Of a DNA stretch of 64,000 bases, positions 24,947-34,660 are shown piece by piece. The stretch lies in the IMG/VR virus record IMGVR_UViG_3300020183_000041, positions 21,126-85,125 of that record; one strand, 5' to 3'. Numbering within the stretch: position 1 is the first letter of the stretch; every line of letters starts with the position of its first letter. The DNA is from a virus. Under the pieces are notes generated by a model that was given only the letters and a program-made list of their open reading frames with translations, was not told the origin of the DNA and searched no databases. A program made the translations under genes and the position numbers.

Positions 24947-24955
24947 TTTTTTCCC

Positions 24956-25183
24956 CTAATCGTTTGTAATCAAGTCATTTCTGACATTGAGAGTTTTTAA
25001 TTCATCTTTTTTAATCCAGAAATAGTTGCTCTTATGCAAAAGAGCGGGAGTATAGATTTTTCTAAACTCCCGCTCTGACTTATCAAGTCCTATTTTTTGA
25101 CAGGTTTCTGATAAACAATACTCATAGCCTGCTTCTAATCGTTCATCAATGAATTCCGACGAACAATAAATACAAATTGCCAT
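24956..25183 (-). CDS. DksA/TraR-like C4 Zn-finger protein
   Basis: CIYC..ERLEAGYEYCL..C..HKSNY. Confidence 0.55.
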   Translation of the reverse strand: MAICIYCSSEFIDERLEAGYEYCLSETCQKIGLDKSEREFRKIYTPALLHKSNYFWIKKDELKTLNVRNDLITND

Positions 25184-25188
25184 TTGAA

Positions 25189-25353
25189 TTACCTCATTGC
25201 TTCCCTACGAATATCTTTGAGTTTATCTGGGTAACTATGCCATTCTTTTGCAGCATCAAAACCAACGCCTTCACCTGGATGATTATCTTTGATAATCTTT
25301 TCAAGAGCAATCATTTCTTTGATTTTCTCTTGTTCTTTTTTGCTCAGTATCAT
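25189..25353 (-). CDS. Hypothetical protein
   Basis: GAAAGGA SD before MILSKK. Confidence 0.55.
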   Translation of the reverse strand: MILSKKEQEKIKEMIALEKIIKDNHPGEGVGFDAAKEWHSYPDKLKDIRREAMR

Positions 25354-25354
25354 T

Positions 25355-25708
25355 TTATCCTTTCTGAATAAGCCATTTACCCTCATCATTCTGAACAATT
25401 TGAATTGATGTATCAATTTGCAAATCAGCAAGCAACTGCAACTGATAATCAATCAGTTCTTTTCTTTTTTCACTATCAAGTACAAGATAGAACTTCTCAT
25501 TATCAAAATCAAAGAGAAAACCATCATTTAATGATTTACGAATTGCATTACGATTCCAACTCATAAGCAACTCTGTGCCTTTGTCATCACCCCAATAATT
25601 TCTTTCACTCAATGGAGTATCAAACAAACTCTTTGTCTTTTTCTTTGCTTTGCCACGCCGAATAAGTTTGTCTTGTATTTGAGCAAGGTTTACTTTTGTA
25701 TTTTCCAT
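25355..25708 (-). CDS. Divergent homolog of cassette family B
   Basis: MENTKVNLAQIQDKLIRRGK..IQIVQNDEGKWLIQKG versus RKVNLAELQGKIAKKGK..IRIQWTNNGEMVISRKG. Confidence 0.7.
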   Translation of the reverse strand: MENTKVNLAQIQDKLIRRGKAKKKTKSLFDTPLSERNYWGDDKGTELLMSWNRNAIRKSLNDGFLFDFDNEKFYLVLDSEKRKELIDYQLQLLADLQIDTSIQIVQNDEGKWLIQKG

Positions 25709-25709
25709 G

Positions 25710-26168
25710 TTACTCACCAGCCTTTTGATTTTCTTCAGGAAATTCATTACTTGAAGTCAAGTGACTTGTAATATTGATTACTTCATTACCAATTTTAGCA
25801 ATGTTCATTGTATTTATACACTCACTTGCAATAGCACTAGCAGTATGTTTTCTGCGAGGACCAAATGAGGATTTAGAATAACGACTGCCATCTGGATAAC
25901 CAACGGGCAATACTTTAACATTCTCATCATCATTTGAAATGACTTGTTCTGTAAGGTTTGCTAGACTCAATGCATTAAGGATAATACCAGCATTGAATGT
26001 ATAACCAAGGTTTGTGTAAACCTGATACCATTCGCAACCATTATCTAGCATTGCATCTACACGAATGACAATACCATACTCATTATCATCGTCAGAAATG
26101 TCAATACCAATAAGTTTGTCACAAATGACATTATACTTGGACTTTGAGTTTGCATTACGATTACTCAT
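25710..26168 (-). CDS. Hypothetical protein, first gene of the early operon
   Basis: Directly downstream of a strong promoter. Confidence 0.75.
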   Translation of the reverse strand: MSNRNANSKSKYNVICDKLIGIDISDDDNEYGIVIRVDAMLDNGCEWYQVYTNLGYTFNAGIILNALSLANLTEQVISNDDENVKVLPVGYPDGSRYSKSSFGPRRKHTASAIASECINTMNIAKIGNEVINITSHLTSSNEFPEENQKAGE

Positions 26169-26251
26169 AGAACCCCCGTTCTAAATGATTTATCTATGGA
26201 TTTGCAAAACATTATCATTTGGGTATCAAATGATACCCCAACGACCCCAAA

Positions 26252-26280
26252 ATAGTATCACAGTCGGGTTCCAAAGTCAA
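26252..26280 (-). promoter_or_regulatory. SigA-type promoter for the leftward small-gene region
   Basis: TTGACT-17-TACTAT with TG extension; palindrome GGGTATCA-AA-TGATACCC at 26221-26238 just downstream. Confidence 0.75.
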
Positions 26281-26550
26281 GCCAAATTGAAACAAACCAG
26301 AAATTTTTTTTACCCTGCAGGAAACTCTGCATTATTTATTAGTGAGAATATTAACGAGCTAATAAATGATTTGGTGGAGCTTCATGATCGCTCAAATAAA
26401 AGATTGCCAAAGAGCTTGATAATCGGTTGATAAATGATTAAATAAATAATTTACGGGGCCCTATTTGAATTAGATTTATCTTAATTTTTAGTATGCAGTT
26501 CACAAGCCATACACACTTTTTATGTAAACCTGATTTCCAAACACATTTCA

Positions 26551-27420
26551 CTATTTCTTTCGTTTATTTTTTTTCTTCGGAAAAGAAGGCGCAGGCTTGT
26601 CTACATTACCTTTTATTACATTGTCTTCAAGAAATGTAAGCATTGTTGCTTTATATTTCATCCTGCCAATATGAGTCATTTCTATTGATGGATCAACCCA
26701 TACTTTACCACCGATTTCTTGCCAGTATCTACAAAATCCATAATCTTCAGAAAGAAAACGATTCTTCACAGGTTCAACATAAGAATTGAAAAAAGCATAA
26801 GACCAGTTTTTTTCTTCTTCTGTAAGCGAACCAGTATCGTCACTATACTTGAGTTCTGGATACTTCTCAATCATCTTTTCAAAAACCGATCTTTTAATAA
26901 GCATAAAACCAGTTCCTGCATCATAAATCTCTATAGCACCATTATCAACATTTAAATTAAGATTCTCTACGCCTGCAACCGGATTAACAACAAATCTCAA
27001 ACTTCTTTCTAGCAATTTATCTGCCGGAATACCGCGTTTAACATTTGCTTCAACACGATTCCAAAGGACATCTTTTATTGGATACGAGCCAGTCATTATC
27101 TCTTTATTATGCCATAAAAGTTTTAAAATATCTTCTGGTGAGAAACCTAAATCAACATCAATAAACATGATATGAGTAAACTCTGGGTTAGCCAGAAATT
27201 TGGCAACTATGTTGTTTCTAGCTCTATTTATAAGAGAATCAGAAATTGTTGCAACAGAAAAAGTCAAGCCAATTTCTTTGAACATCATTGCTGTTCTCAT
27301 CATTGACATAAAAGTAGGTTCTGTAATTAGTTGATCATAACATGGCATTGCAATCATTGGATGCCATGATTTGATTTGTTCATTTGTAATTTCAATTTCT
27401 TTTTGTTCAAAAATTGTCAT
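26551..27420 (-). CDS. GT-A fold glycosyltransferase
   Basis: SLINRARN..FIDVD..GTGFMLIKRSVF..LSEDYGFC; TATAAT 6 nt before ATG (leaderless). Confidence 0.8.
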   Translation of the reverse strand: MTIFEQKEIEITNEQIKSWHPMIAMPCYDQLITEPTFMSMMRTAMMFKEIGLTFSVATISDSLINRARNNIVAKFLANPEFTHIMFIDVDLGFSPEDILKLLWHNKEIMTGSYPIKDVLWNRVEANVKRGIPADKLLERSLRFVVNPVAGVENLNLNVDNGAIEIYDAGTGFMLIKRSVFEKMIEKYPELKYSDDTGSLTEEEKNWSYAFFNSYVEPVKNRFLSEDYGFCRYWQEIGGKVWVDPSIEMTHIGRMKYKATMLTFLEDNVIKGNVDKPAPSFPKKKNKRKK

Positions 27421-27435
27421 ACCGTGATTATACAC

Positions 27436-27471
27436 AAAAAAAAGGCCCTGCATTGCTGCAGGGCCTTTTTT
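27436..27471. terminator. Bidirectional intrinsic terminator
   Basis: A8-GGCCCTGCA-TTGC-TGCAGGGCC-T6. Confidence 0.9.
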
Positions 27472-27484
27472 GTTTACTTCTTTG

Positions 27485-27829
27485 TCAGGCTTTTGTCTTG
27501 ACGTTTGTCTTGACGGACTTTATATCCTTTGCAGTAACTGCAACATCTGCCTTCTTGTTTCCGTTAGTCTGGACTTTGAAAAACAAAGAATTAGTCTTGC
27601 GGTCAAAGTGAATAGTAACCTTAAGATTAAGCTTCTTTGCTTGAGCACGAATTCTCTGCTGGAGAGAGTTGAACTTTTTGCCTTCTTGAACATTTTCAAT
27701 TTGAAATGCTTCTCCATTTTTTGAAGATGCAGTCAAAGAGTCAATAATCATCTGCAATTCTGCACTGGTTCTACCAGTACGGGTAATTTCAGGAAAAGTA
27801 TCAACTTTTTTGATGCTCATTGTGGACAT
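27485..27829 (-). CDS. Small basic putative DNA-binding protein, possibly related to family B
   Basis: KKVDTFPEITRTGR..QQRIRAQAKKLNLKVTIHFD; has its own promoter and terminator. Confidence 0.75.
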   Translation of the reverse strand: MSTMSIKKVDTFPEITRTGRTSAELQMIIDSLTASSKNGEAFQIENVQEGKKFNSLQQRIRAQAKKLNLKVTIHFDRKTNSLFFKVQTNGNKKADVAVTAKDIKSVKTNVKTKA

Positions 27830-27904
27830 TTTTGGCTCCTTTATCTTTTATGTTTTGGTTTATATTTTTGTTAATTGTGGGTAGAGACACCCTTGCAGTT
27901 ACTA

Positions 27905-27932
27905 ACCCTAGCACCTACGTTCGCAGATGCAA
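27905..27932 (-). promoter_or_regulatory. Promoter with cassette-like geometry
   Basis: TTGCAT-16-TAGGGT. Confidence 0.5.
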
Positions 27933-27961
27933 GTCGAACAGCAAAATTATTTAAAAAATTA

Positions 27962-28159
27962 TTATTCTTCTAATGTATCTATTGAAGATTCTTTTGAATA
28001 CTGAACAAAATCTCTTAGCTTATTAAAAGAAATCTTAAGTGCAATATTTTCCATCATTAATCTAGAGTTAAGCAGCAACAATTCGTTTATGATTTCGTCT
28101 GCTGTCGGTGACAAATCTTCTGTTTTATTTTTATTATCTGTTTTATTGTTATTAGCCAT
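27962..28159 (-). CDS. Small coiled-coil hypothetical protein
   Basis: TGATG coupling to terminase. Confidence 0.6.
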   Translation of the reverse strand: MANNNKTDNKNKTEDLSPTADEIINELLLLNSRLMMENIALKISFNKLRDFVQYSKESSIDTLEE

Positions 28160-29898
28160 CATAGCGATTCTAACCATCTTTCTATATCGTTTGCTCCCAC
28201 TTGCTTTTTGCTGTAGGCAGGGGTCATGTGTTTGACAGAACCATTATACAGGTTGACATTGCCGAATTCTGGTATATCTTCATCAAATTCATAGTCAAAA
28301 TCTGAACCAAGGATTTCTATTGTAACTTCTGATTCAACTCCAATATTTTGAATACAATTGTAAGTGGCACCAGCAAGAGAGTCGGCTAAATCTTTTGAAC
28401 CAGAATTCGGGTGATCGATTTTATTATTAGAAAATAATCTAAGTTTGAGCAGTTCTTCTTCAACAAGAAGTTCACTCCAATAACCCCTAAGTCTTGTATC
28501 ATAAATTGATGTCATTAATGTGTCATAATCTGTTTTTTTAACGCTATGGAAGTCGGCATTGATGCCTTGTGCTCTTAAACTTTGTATCATTTCAATTGAC
28601 TGCCATCTATCAAATGTTACTAATCCAACATCGAATTTACGGCACAAATCAACAATCATTTGTCTTACAGAAGCAAAATTAATTTCTTCACCTGGTTTAG
28701 CTTCCCAAGAATAAATTAAATCAACATTTACAACAGGAAGATTTTCTACACCCATTGATGTTTTAACTTCTTTTAGTCCTGAACAATGAACCATACATAG
28801 AGCAGATCTATCTCTTTTAAATCCAAGATCTATATGTATGAAACGAGTATGAGCATCTTTGTTATTAAACCACTTTTTAAAATTGCCCTCCTCGTCTATT
28901 GGGTCTTCTCCATAAACAAAAGCTTTTCTCACAAGATCCGCATCTCTAAAATATGCGTCTTCCATATTTGGTGGTTCACATTCAAATCTTGCTTTTGCTT
29001 CAATTGGATTTCTTATGTATTCAGATTCTAATTGTTCTCTCTCAATTGTTGGATTCACTTCCCAAGTGGCAGCTTTTATAAACCAGGTTTTTGGTTCGTT
29101 CTTGTCTTTTGCACCAAAATATCTTTGCTGAATAAAATCACCTTTGTATCGCGGGAAAGAGAGCAAAATAACTTTGCCCACTTCTGGGAACCTTGACATT
29201 ACAGATAATTTACTCATATTATAAATAGCAGAAGCGGAGCCTTTAGATCTTGTATCTCCTCTTACTTCGGCATCTGTTTTGAATGCTGATATCTCATCCA
29301 AAATAATTGACATAACTTCATAACCTTCCCATCCTTCACTTTCTGAGTGACCTGAGAAACAACGTACTGGTCTAGAGAAAAAGAATATTTCAGAAACACG
29401 TGGTTCAAAGCCAACCGAATTGAAATATGGTGAAGAAAGTAGTAGATTCTTCAACGGCTCAAAGAACACTCTTTGAGCTTGCTGTGCGTTTACAGCAAGA
29501 TTTAACAAATCAATATAAACACCTTTAGCTTTACCAAAATAATTTAAAGGATCTCTAAGACAATGAAGTTGATAGGCAGTATACGCAATAGATATTCTGG
29601 CACAGTGGTCTTTGCCAGAACCTTTACCTAACATGCAAATTACTTCATTGTCTGTATATTCTTTATAATATTCAAACCCCTTTTTTTCTCCCATTATTTT
29701 GGCCAGAGTAGGTGCTTTAAATATTTGAGTGCTGTGACGGACAATCTCTAATTGAATTGGCGATAGTGGAGGTAAACCTAAATATTTTTTATCTGTTACA
29801 AATATTTCAATTGGAACAGGTTCTTCAACTAATTCATCTTGTTTTAACAATTTATCAAAATCATCAAAATTTAAATTTATACCAAGATAATCAGGCAT
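28159..29898 (-). CDS. terL: Terminase large subunit
   Basis: Walker A LGKGSGKD, Walker B IILDE, nuclease HIDLG, FDRWQS, DHP..SKDLAD. Confidence 0.92.
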   Translation of the reverse strand: MPDYLGINLNFDDFDKLLKQDELVEEPVPIEIFVTDKKYLGLPPLSPIQLEIVRHSTQIFKAPTLAKIMGEKKGFEYYKEYTDNEVICMLGKGSGKDHCARISIAYTAYQLHCLRDPLNYFGKAKGVYIDLLNLAVNAQQAQRVFFEPLKNLLLSSPYFNSVGFEPRVSEIFFFSRPVRCFSGHSESEGWEGYEVMSIILDEISAFKTDAEVRGDTRSKGSASAIYNMSKLSVMSRFPEVGKVILLSFPRYKGDFIQQRYFGAKDKNEPKTWFIKAATWEVNPTIEREQLESEYIRNPIEAKARFECEPPNMEDAYFRDADLVRKAFVYGEDPIDEEGNFKKWFNNKDAHTRFIHIDLGFKRDRSALCMVHCSGLKEVKTSMGVENLPVVNVDLIYSWEAKPGEEINFASVRQMIVDLCRKFDVGLVTFDRWQSIEMIQSLRAQGINADFHSVKKTDYDTLMTSIYDTRLRGYWSELLVEEELLKLRLFSNNKIDHPNSGSKDLADSLAGATYNCIQNIGVESEVTIEILGSDFDYEFDEDIPEFGNVNLYNGSVKHMTPAYSKKQVGANDIERWLESL

Positions 29899-29928
29899 TG
29901 CAATAGTTATCCTTAAAAATATAACATG

Positions 29929-29995
29929 TAAAGGCCTTTTTTGACTTCACAAATCCTAGGTAAAGACCGTTTTTGACTTCACAAATCCTAGGTAA
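29929..29995. repeat. 32-bp tandem repeat, two copies
   Basis: TAAAG(G/A)CC(T/G)TTTTTGACTTCACAAATCCTAGG at 29929-29960 and 29961-29992, then TAA. Confidence 0.9.
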
Positions 29996-30017
29996 TGGCA
30001 AAAAAATAGGTCTCAAA

Positions 30018-30599
30018 TTATGAATCATCATCGACCTCATCTACATCAATTGGTTCTTGTTCATCCATTATTTCAAATGCAATTGCCAATTCTTTACGAA
30101 CTTCTTCTGCAACTTCTGGGAATTTAGAAATAACATCACGCAAAACCCTTGAAAGCACTTGATTAACATTTTCAGCCTTTTGCATCCGACCAATGTATTC
30201 AGCATCGGAGTTATTTCCTCCCATTAATTTATGCAATTGGGCTTTTTTTGTAGCAAGTTCTCCAGCAAGTTTAATTGCTTGAATTCTTGCAGCAACCATT
30301 CCGTGGTCAGTTGCAATGTTAATTGTTTCCCAAGCCTCTTTGCTCAATTCATCAAATTCTTTAAGAGCTTTAATTGTATTAAACTGTATTCTTTCAAGAA
30401 AATAAGGGTCTTCTTCTGCTTGCCTGCTAATTATTTTTTTATATTCTTCAATATGTTCTTTGACAGCATCAACATTGATTGACATTAAAGAAGCAATTTC
30501 ATGCAACGAATATCCTTTGACATGCATTAGGCCAACATCTTCAACATCTTTTATTTTTTCAATTAAATTTTTACTTTTTACTTTTTCAATATCTGACAT
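30018..30599 (-). CDS. HTH protein, probable terminase small subunit
   Basis: N-terminal HTH (GYSLHEIASLMSINVDAVK), helical body, immediately upstream of terL. Confidence 0.6.
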   Translation of the reverse strand: MSDIEKVKSKNLIEKIKDVEDVGLMHVKGYSLHEIASLMSINVDAVKEHIEEYKKIISRQAEEDPYFLERIQFNTIKALKEFDELSKEAWETINIATDHGMVAARIQAIKLAGELATKKAQLHKLMGGNNSDAEYIGRMQKAENVNQVLSRVLRDVISKFPEVAEEVRKELAIAFEIMDEQEPIDVDEVDDDS

Positions 30600-31645
30600 A
30601 TTCTGTCGTAATATTCCTTTGTTATGTTTTCCCAAGACCATTGATCAAAATAAGAAATAGCATTGTCATATGTAAATTTAGAGATTTTATCGTAATTATT
30701 AATTACATACAACATTTTATCACACAAATCATCGAAATTTGGCAAAGCCCATTGCCCACAACCAGCATATATGCCTGACATTTTATTTGTGCCCCATGAA
30801 TAATCTAAAGGAATTGATAAATGTGCATATTCAGTACAGGAAGTAGCGTTTGTACAAATTGTAGGAATGCCTTTAGCAATCGCTTGAAAAGGCAACATAC
30901 CCCAACCCTCACCGCTAGTTGGATAAATCAAACAGTCTGCTTTGTCGTATATTTCAGCCAATTCTTTAATTGAAACATCTTTTTCAATAACTTCAATATT
31001 TGGATGATTGTATATTGAAACCATTTGCCCAGAAGAGTCGTAAAGACGAGCGTCGGGAGCATCTATGCTTTTATAGATTAATTTATACCGATCATCTTGA
31101 CCAAAAAGTTTTACAAATGCATTTACCGCAATCTGGCTATTCTTTCGTGTTGATGGAGAGCCTATGCTAAGAAAAGTAAATTGATAGTTTTTTAATTTTC
31201 TTAAAACTGGAAAAAAGAATTCAGAATGAACTCCTAATTTAAAATTGTAAACATCTTTGTTAACACCAGAGTCTATAAAAACATCTTGGGCCCATTTAGA
31301 TGTAGTCCAAATTTCATCCATTTGATTCATTCTTTCAACCCACTCCTCTGGAAGGCGGGTCGTTTCCCAATAAGTAAAACCAACATTATGGTTGGCTCCA
31401 CTTGCATAATCAAGCGGAAGTTTGTTATTTATTAATAAATCACAAGATGTATCTAAATTATTTTGTGATTCGTACAGTAAATTTATGCGATTATCTAAAC
31501 AATGCTGAATGCTTGGTGGTATTGCACAGTTTCGTTCAATATTTAAACCAAGAGATATAAGATTTTTATAAATTTCGTCTGTTGAAACTTTATATCCTTC
31601 ATTGCGAGTTTGTGTAGCGCTTATACTATTCCATATAATTTTCAT
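30578..31645 (-). CDS. Glycosyltransferase family 4 (GT-B)
   Basis: YWETT..RKN..YPTSGEGWGMLPFQAIAKGIPTI. Confidence 0.9.
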   Translation of the reverse strand: MKIIWNSISATQTRNEGYKVSTDEIYKNLISLGLNIERNCAIPPSIQHCLDNRINLLYESQNNLDTSCDLLINNKLPLDYASGANHNVGFTYWETTRLPEEWVERMNQMDEIWTTSKWAQDVFIDSGVNKDVYNFKLGVHSEFFFPVLRKLKNYQFTFLSIGSPSTRKNSQIAVNAFVKLFGQDDRYKLIYKSIDAPDARLYDSSGQMVSIYNHPNIEVIEKDVSIKELAEIYDKADCLIYPTSGEGWGMLPFQAIAKGIPTICTNATSCTEYAHLSIPLDYSWGTNKMSGIYAGCGQWALPNFDDLCDKMLYVINNYDKISKFTYDNAISYFDQWSWENITKEYYDRICQILKK

Positions 31646-31647
31646 TA

Positions 31648-32403
31648 TTATTCTTTTGGATCAAATGCTAGGACTTTACCGCCCTCGCCAGCAGCTTTTT
31701 CTAGTTCTTCAATTGAATACCCATGTTGTTTAGTAAATTCAACACGATAATTAAACCATCCAGACGTTCCAACCCAAAATTTTGGATCAGTATCTTTTGC
31801 CAATTTTTCCAATTCCTCCGATTCTAGAAGAAAACTAAGAACGCCAAGAGGCATGTAGAGCGTCATATCATAATTTTCATGTTTATCTTTTGCATAATTA
31901 CGAATTATATCCTGGAATTCTTTAACTATTTTTTGGACAGGCTGGCCAGAATAAAAATCAATATTGCCATAAGCATTTCTTTCTCTTGGGCAATAATTAT
32001 CAACTGGAGTTACTGTGCCAAAAGAGCGACATACAAACGGCCTAAAGCCATATATGCTACACCCACCTTTATAAAAAGCACAATATCTTTTAGATTCACC
32101 ACCAGGCTTCCATGTGTCATCATACATAGCTTCTTTCAAGGAAGTAACAACATCATCCATCCACTGGTTTGCATACTCTTCGTTTTTATCTTCTACATAA
32201 AGATAATATTGCTGAGTGAGTCTAAAAGCTATGTTTGCACATTCAAACATAGGTATAACTAAACCAATATGACAGCATTCGCCAGAACCAAGGCACTTGT
32301 ATTTTGTTTGATTTTGTTTAGCCTCAATAATCCTGATTTGATTATAAATCATATCAAGCCGTGTAAAATTTACAATATCATTAGCAGTAACGCTTCTTTT
32401 CAT
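31648..32403 (-). CDS. YkgJ-like Cys-cluster (Fe-S/Zn) protein
   Basis: CLGSGECC..CAFYKGGCSIYGFRPFVCRSF. Confidence 0.8.
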   Translation of the reverse strand: MKRSVTANDIVNFTRLDMIYNQIRIIEAKQNQTKYKCLGSGECCHIGLVIPMFECANIAFRLTQQYYLYVEDKNEEYANQWMDDVVTSLKEAMYDDTWKPGGESKRYCAFYKGGCSIYGFRPFVCRSFGTVTPVDNYCPRERNAYGNIDFYSGQPVQKIVKEFQDIIRNYAKDKHENYDMTLYMPLGVLSFLLESEELEKLAKDTDPKFWVGTSGWFNYRVEFTKQHGYSIEELEKAAGEGGKVLAFDPKE

Positions 32404-32699
32404 TTCCAGTTCCCAAAACCTTTTTTTCTTACTCTATTGAGTTTTCTTTGTTCTCTTCTTTTCTTTTCAACTTCTTGTTGCATTGGTGATTTAGGCTTTC
32501 TTAAGGAAGTTGAAGAAAGATTTCTTCCTTTTCCTCTGTATTTAAGTAAATCATATTTTTTACACCAGTTATATACAGCTTGTGGAGTAACTTCAATATT
32601 ATAAGTCTGTTTTAGAAGTTTACAAATATCTGTAAGATTCATTCTTTTCTGAACGTAGTGTTCGTATAACCATGATTTATCTTTATAAACATCAGCCAT
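32400..32699 (-). CDS. HTH DNA-binding protein
   Basis: YKDKSWLYEHY..TDIC..VTPQAVYNW. Confidence 0.7.
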   Translation of the reverse strand: MADVYKDKSWLYEHYVQKRMNLTDICKLLKQTYNIEVTPQAVYNWCKKYDLLKYRGKGRNLSSTSLRKPKSPMQQEVEKKRREQRKLNRVRKKGFGNWK

Positions 32700-33270
32700 T
32701 TTGTGTTTTCCAATACCAGATTGCTATACCTACTGCGTCAACAATATCGTCATCACCAAAGTCCAACTCATCCGTGTTAAAGTATTCTTCAATTATAACA
32801 CGAACTCTTCTTTTTCTTTCTTCTTTTTTTTTCAATTCAATATTTTTTTTACGACCATCATTAGATAAAATTTCTTTATCTTTTGTTGTTAGGTTTTTAT
32901 AACCAACACCACTTCTCCAAACTAGAGGACTAACATCAAAAACGCGCTTGCAAGAAAGAGAAGTAATACCCCAAGTGTAGCCAATAATATAAGAAAGAAG
33001 CCTGCTGGTTTGAAAATTTTGAATATAAACTGATTGCTCTATAATACAAACATCTGGATTATATAATTTACAAATACCGGAAATACCTATTTTTATTTGA
33101 GAAAATTTTTCTTCAATTGAAGCACTTTTTAAAAAAGAAATTTTATCAGATTTAATCAATCTGATTTTTTCCCCGTCGCGTTCTGTAATGCACCAAGCAA
33201 GAGAGTGTGAAGCTGGATCAACGGAAAGAATACGATTAACTTTGTCTTTTTTTAAATAACCCAAGGCCAT
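32692..33270 (-). CDS. RuvC-like resolvase
   Basis: ILSVDPAS..IIEQ..DDIVDAVGIA. Confidence 0.85.
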   Translation of the reverse strand: MALGYLKKDKVNRILSVDPASHSLAWCITERDGEKIRLIKSDKISFLKSASIEEKFSQIKIGISGICKLYNPDVCIIEQSVYIQNFQTSRLLSYIIGYTWGITSLSCKRVFDVSPLVWRSGVGYKNLTTKDKEILSNDGRKKNIELKKKEERKRRVRVIIEEYFNTDELDFGDDDIVDAVGIAIWYWKTQNG

Positions 33271-33272
33271 AC

Positions 33273-33581
33273 CTATACTTCGCCTCTAAGTTTTTTTTCA
33301 TCCCAACCCCAAGAAACAAGTCTTTTTATATATCTCTCTTGCTTACAGGATTCACAAACATCTTCTTTATTATATGAAGACAATATAGTTGTGCAATTTT
33401 TTGTCTTGCATATTCTTTTTTTATTTTTATTATTTTTTTTTGCGTGATAGGCTTCAAGTAATTTTTTGTTAGTTACAATTTTCCTACATTCTGCGCTACA
33501 GTAGATCGAGTTATATACTTTTGCTATAAAAACTTTACCGCAATCTTCGTTTTTACAGAATCTTTTCTCTTCATTGAACAT
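33273..33581 (-). CDS. Cys-rich Zn-finger protein
   Basis: CKNEDC..YCSAEC..CKTKNC..CESC. Confidence 0.75.
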   Translation of the reverse strand: MFNEEKRFCKNEDCGKVFIAKVYNSIYCSAECRKIVTNKKLLEAYHAKKNNKNKKRICKTKNCTTILSSYNKEDVCESCKQERYIKRLVSWGWDEKKLRGEV

Positions 33582-33599
33582 TTAAATATTTTTAGCATC

Positions 33600-34349
33600 C
33601 TAGAAAGACTCTTCATCCGATACTGAATTAACTCCATCTTCACCCCAACACATATTTGCAAGATCGCAAGCAACACAGTTAGCAGACGATCTCTTATATG
33701 GTTGTTTAGGTATTTTCTTATCCAAGAAGTTAGTATAGATTTTACTATACTTAATAAATAGTTTACCAATAAATTCGTTGTCGCGTTCTATATAAATGGG
33801 TAAAATTTCTTGATTATTCTTATTCTCATAAATAACATAACCACTTGGTAAGTCCAAGCATTTCATATATATTTGAGCCTGTCTATAATGCTCATCTTTA
33901 GGCTTATTATACAATTGCCGATAATGGAAGCCTTCTGAAGAAATTGACTTAAGCTCAATTAATTTATGCCCATACCAGTCAATTATTCCGTCAGCAGTCC
34001 CCTCAATCGGAGGATTCTTATAAGTAATGGGAATTTCTTCATCAACAAGAATACCCATTTCTCTAAAATAACCATAAAGCCTTTCATGGACAGCGTGACC
34101 ATTGTCAAAAATACGGTATGTCTGGGGCTTAAAAGAGGCCTGAACATCTGCGCCTTCAAAAAGATAATACCAGTATCTCGCACATTGGTTTGTATAACTT
34201 GGATGAAACCCATTTACTTTTTTATGAGTTACGATATTCCTTTTAATCAAATGGTCATCAATAGCGTCCTGGAGTGATACTTCTATTTTTTGTTCTGATA
34301 TTTCGTCTTTAATTGGATTTTTTAATTGTTTAAGAGATTTTAACATCAT
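33600..34349 (-). CDS. Cas4-like PD-(D/E)XK exonuclease
   Basis: HPS..CAR..GHAVHE..GTADG..IELKS..QAQIY..CVACDLANMC. Confidence 0.88.
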   Translation of the reverse strand: MMLKSLKQLKNPIKDEISEQKIEVSLQDAIDDHLIKRNIVTHKKVNGFHPSYTNQCARYWYYLFEGADVQASFKPQTYRIFDNGHAVHERLYGYFREMGILVDEEIPITYKNPPIEGTADGIIDWYGHKLIELKSISSEGFHYRQLYNKPKDEHYRQAQIYMKCLDLPSGYVIYENKNNQEILPIYIERDNEFIGKLFIKYSKIYTNFLDKKIPKQPYKRSSANCVACDLANMCWGEDGVNSVSDEESF

Positions 34350-34660
34350 ATAACCTTTGCTGCTATTTTAAGTGCGTTAATATTCTCCAATAGGGCTTCA
34401 TACATTGTTTTCCATACGTCATTTACAAACTTATCTTGTTCTGACATAGAACTAGATTTACGTTTAAAAGCCTGAGATTTAATAATCATCATAGTTCTGT
34501 AACCAGAAAGTTTATTAAGATATTTAATTGCTTGCATTCCTACATAATGCTCTGGATGGTCAATAATATCTTCAATTATTTTTATGCATTCAATAAATTC
34601 TTCTGCTCTGTCTCCCATTTGTTTAGAGAGCCATTCTGTATCTACAAGAATATCTGGCAT
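34346..34660 (-). CDS. Hypothetical protein
   Basis: Helical ORF in the recombination operon. Confidence 0.7.
   Translation of the reverse strand: MPDILVDTEWLSKQMGDRAEEFIECIKIIEDIIDHPEHYVGMQAIKYLNKLSGYRTMMIIKSQAFKRKSSSMSEQDKFVNDVWKTMYEALLENINALKIAAKVI

Noticed and set aside
33600-34349. Cas4 as part of a CRISPR-Cas system
   Set aside because: Stand-alone Cas4-like nuclease in a recombination operon; no cas1, cas2 or array
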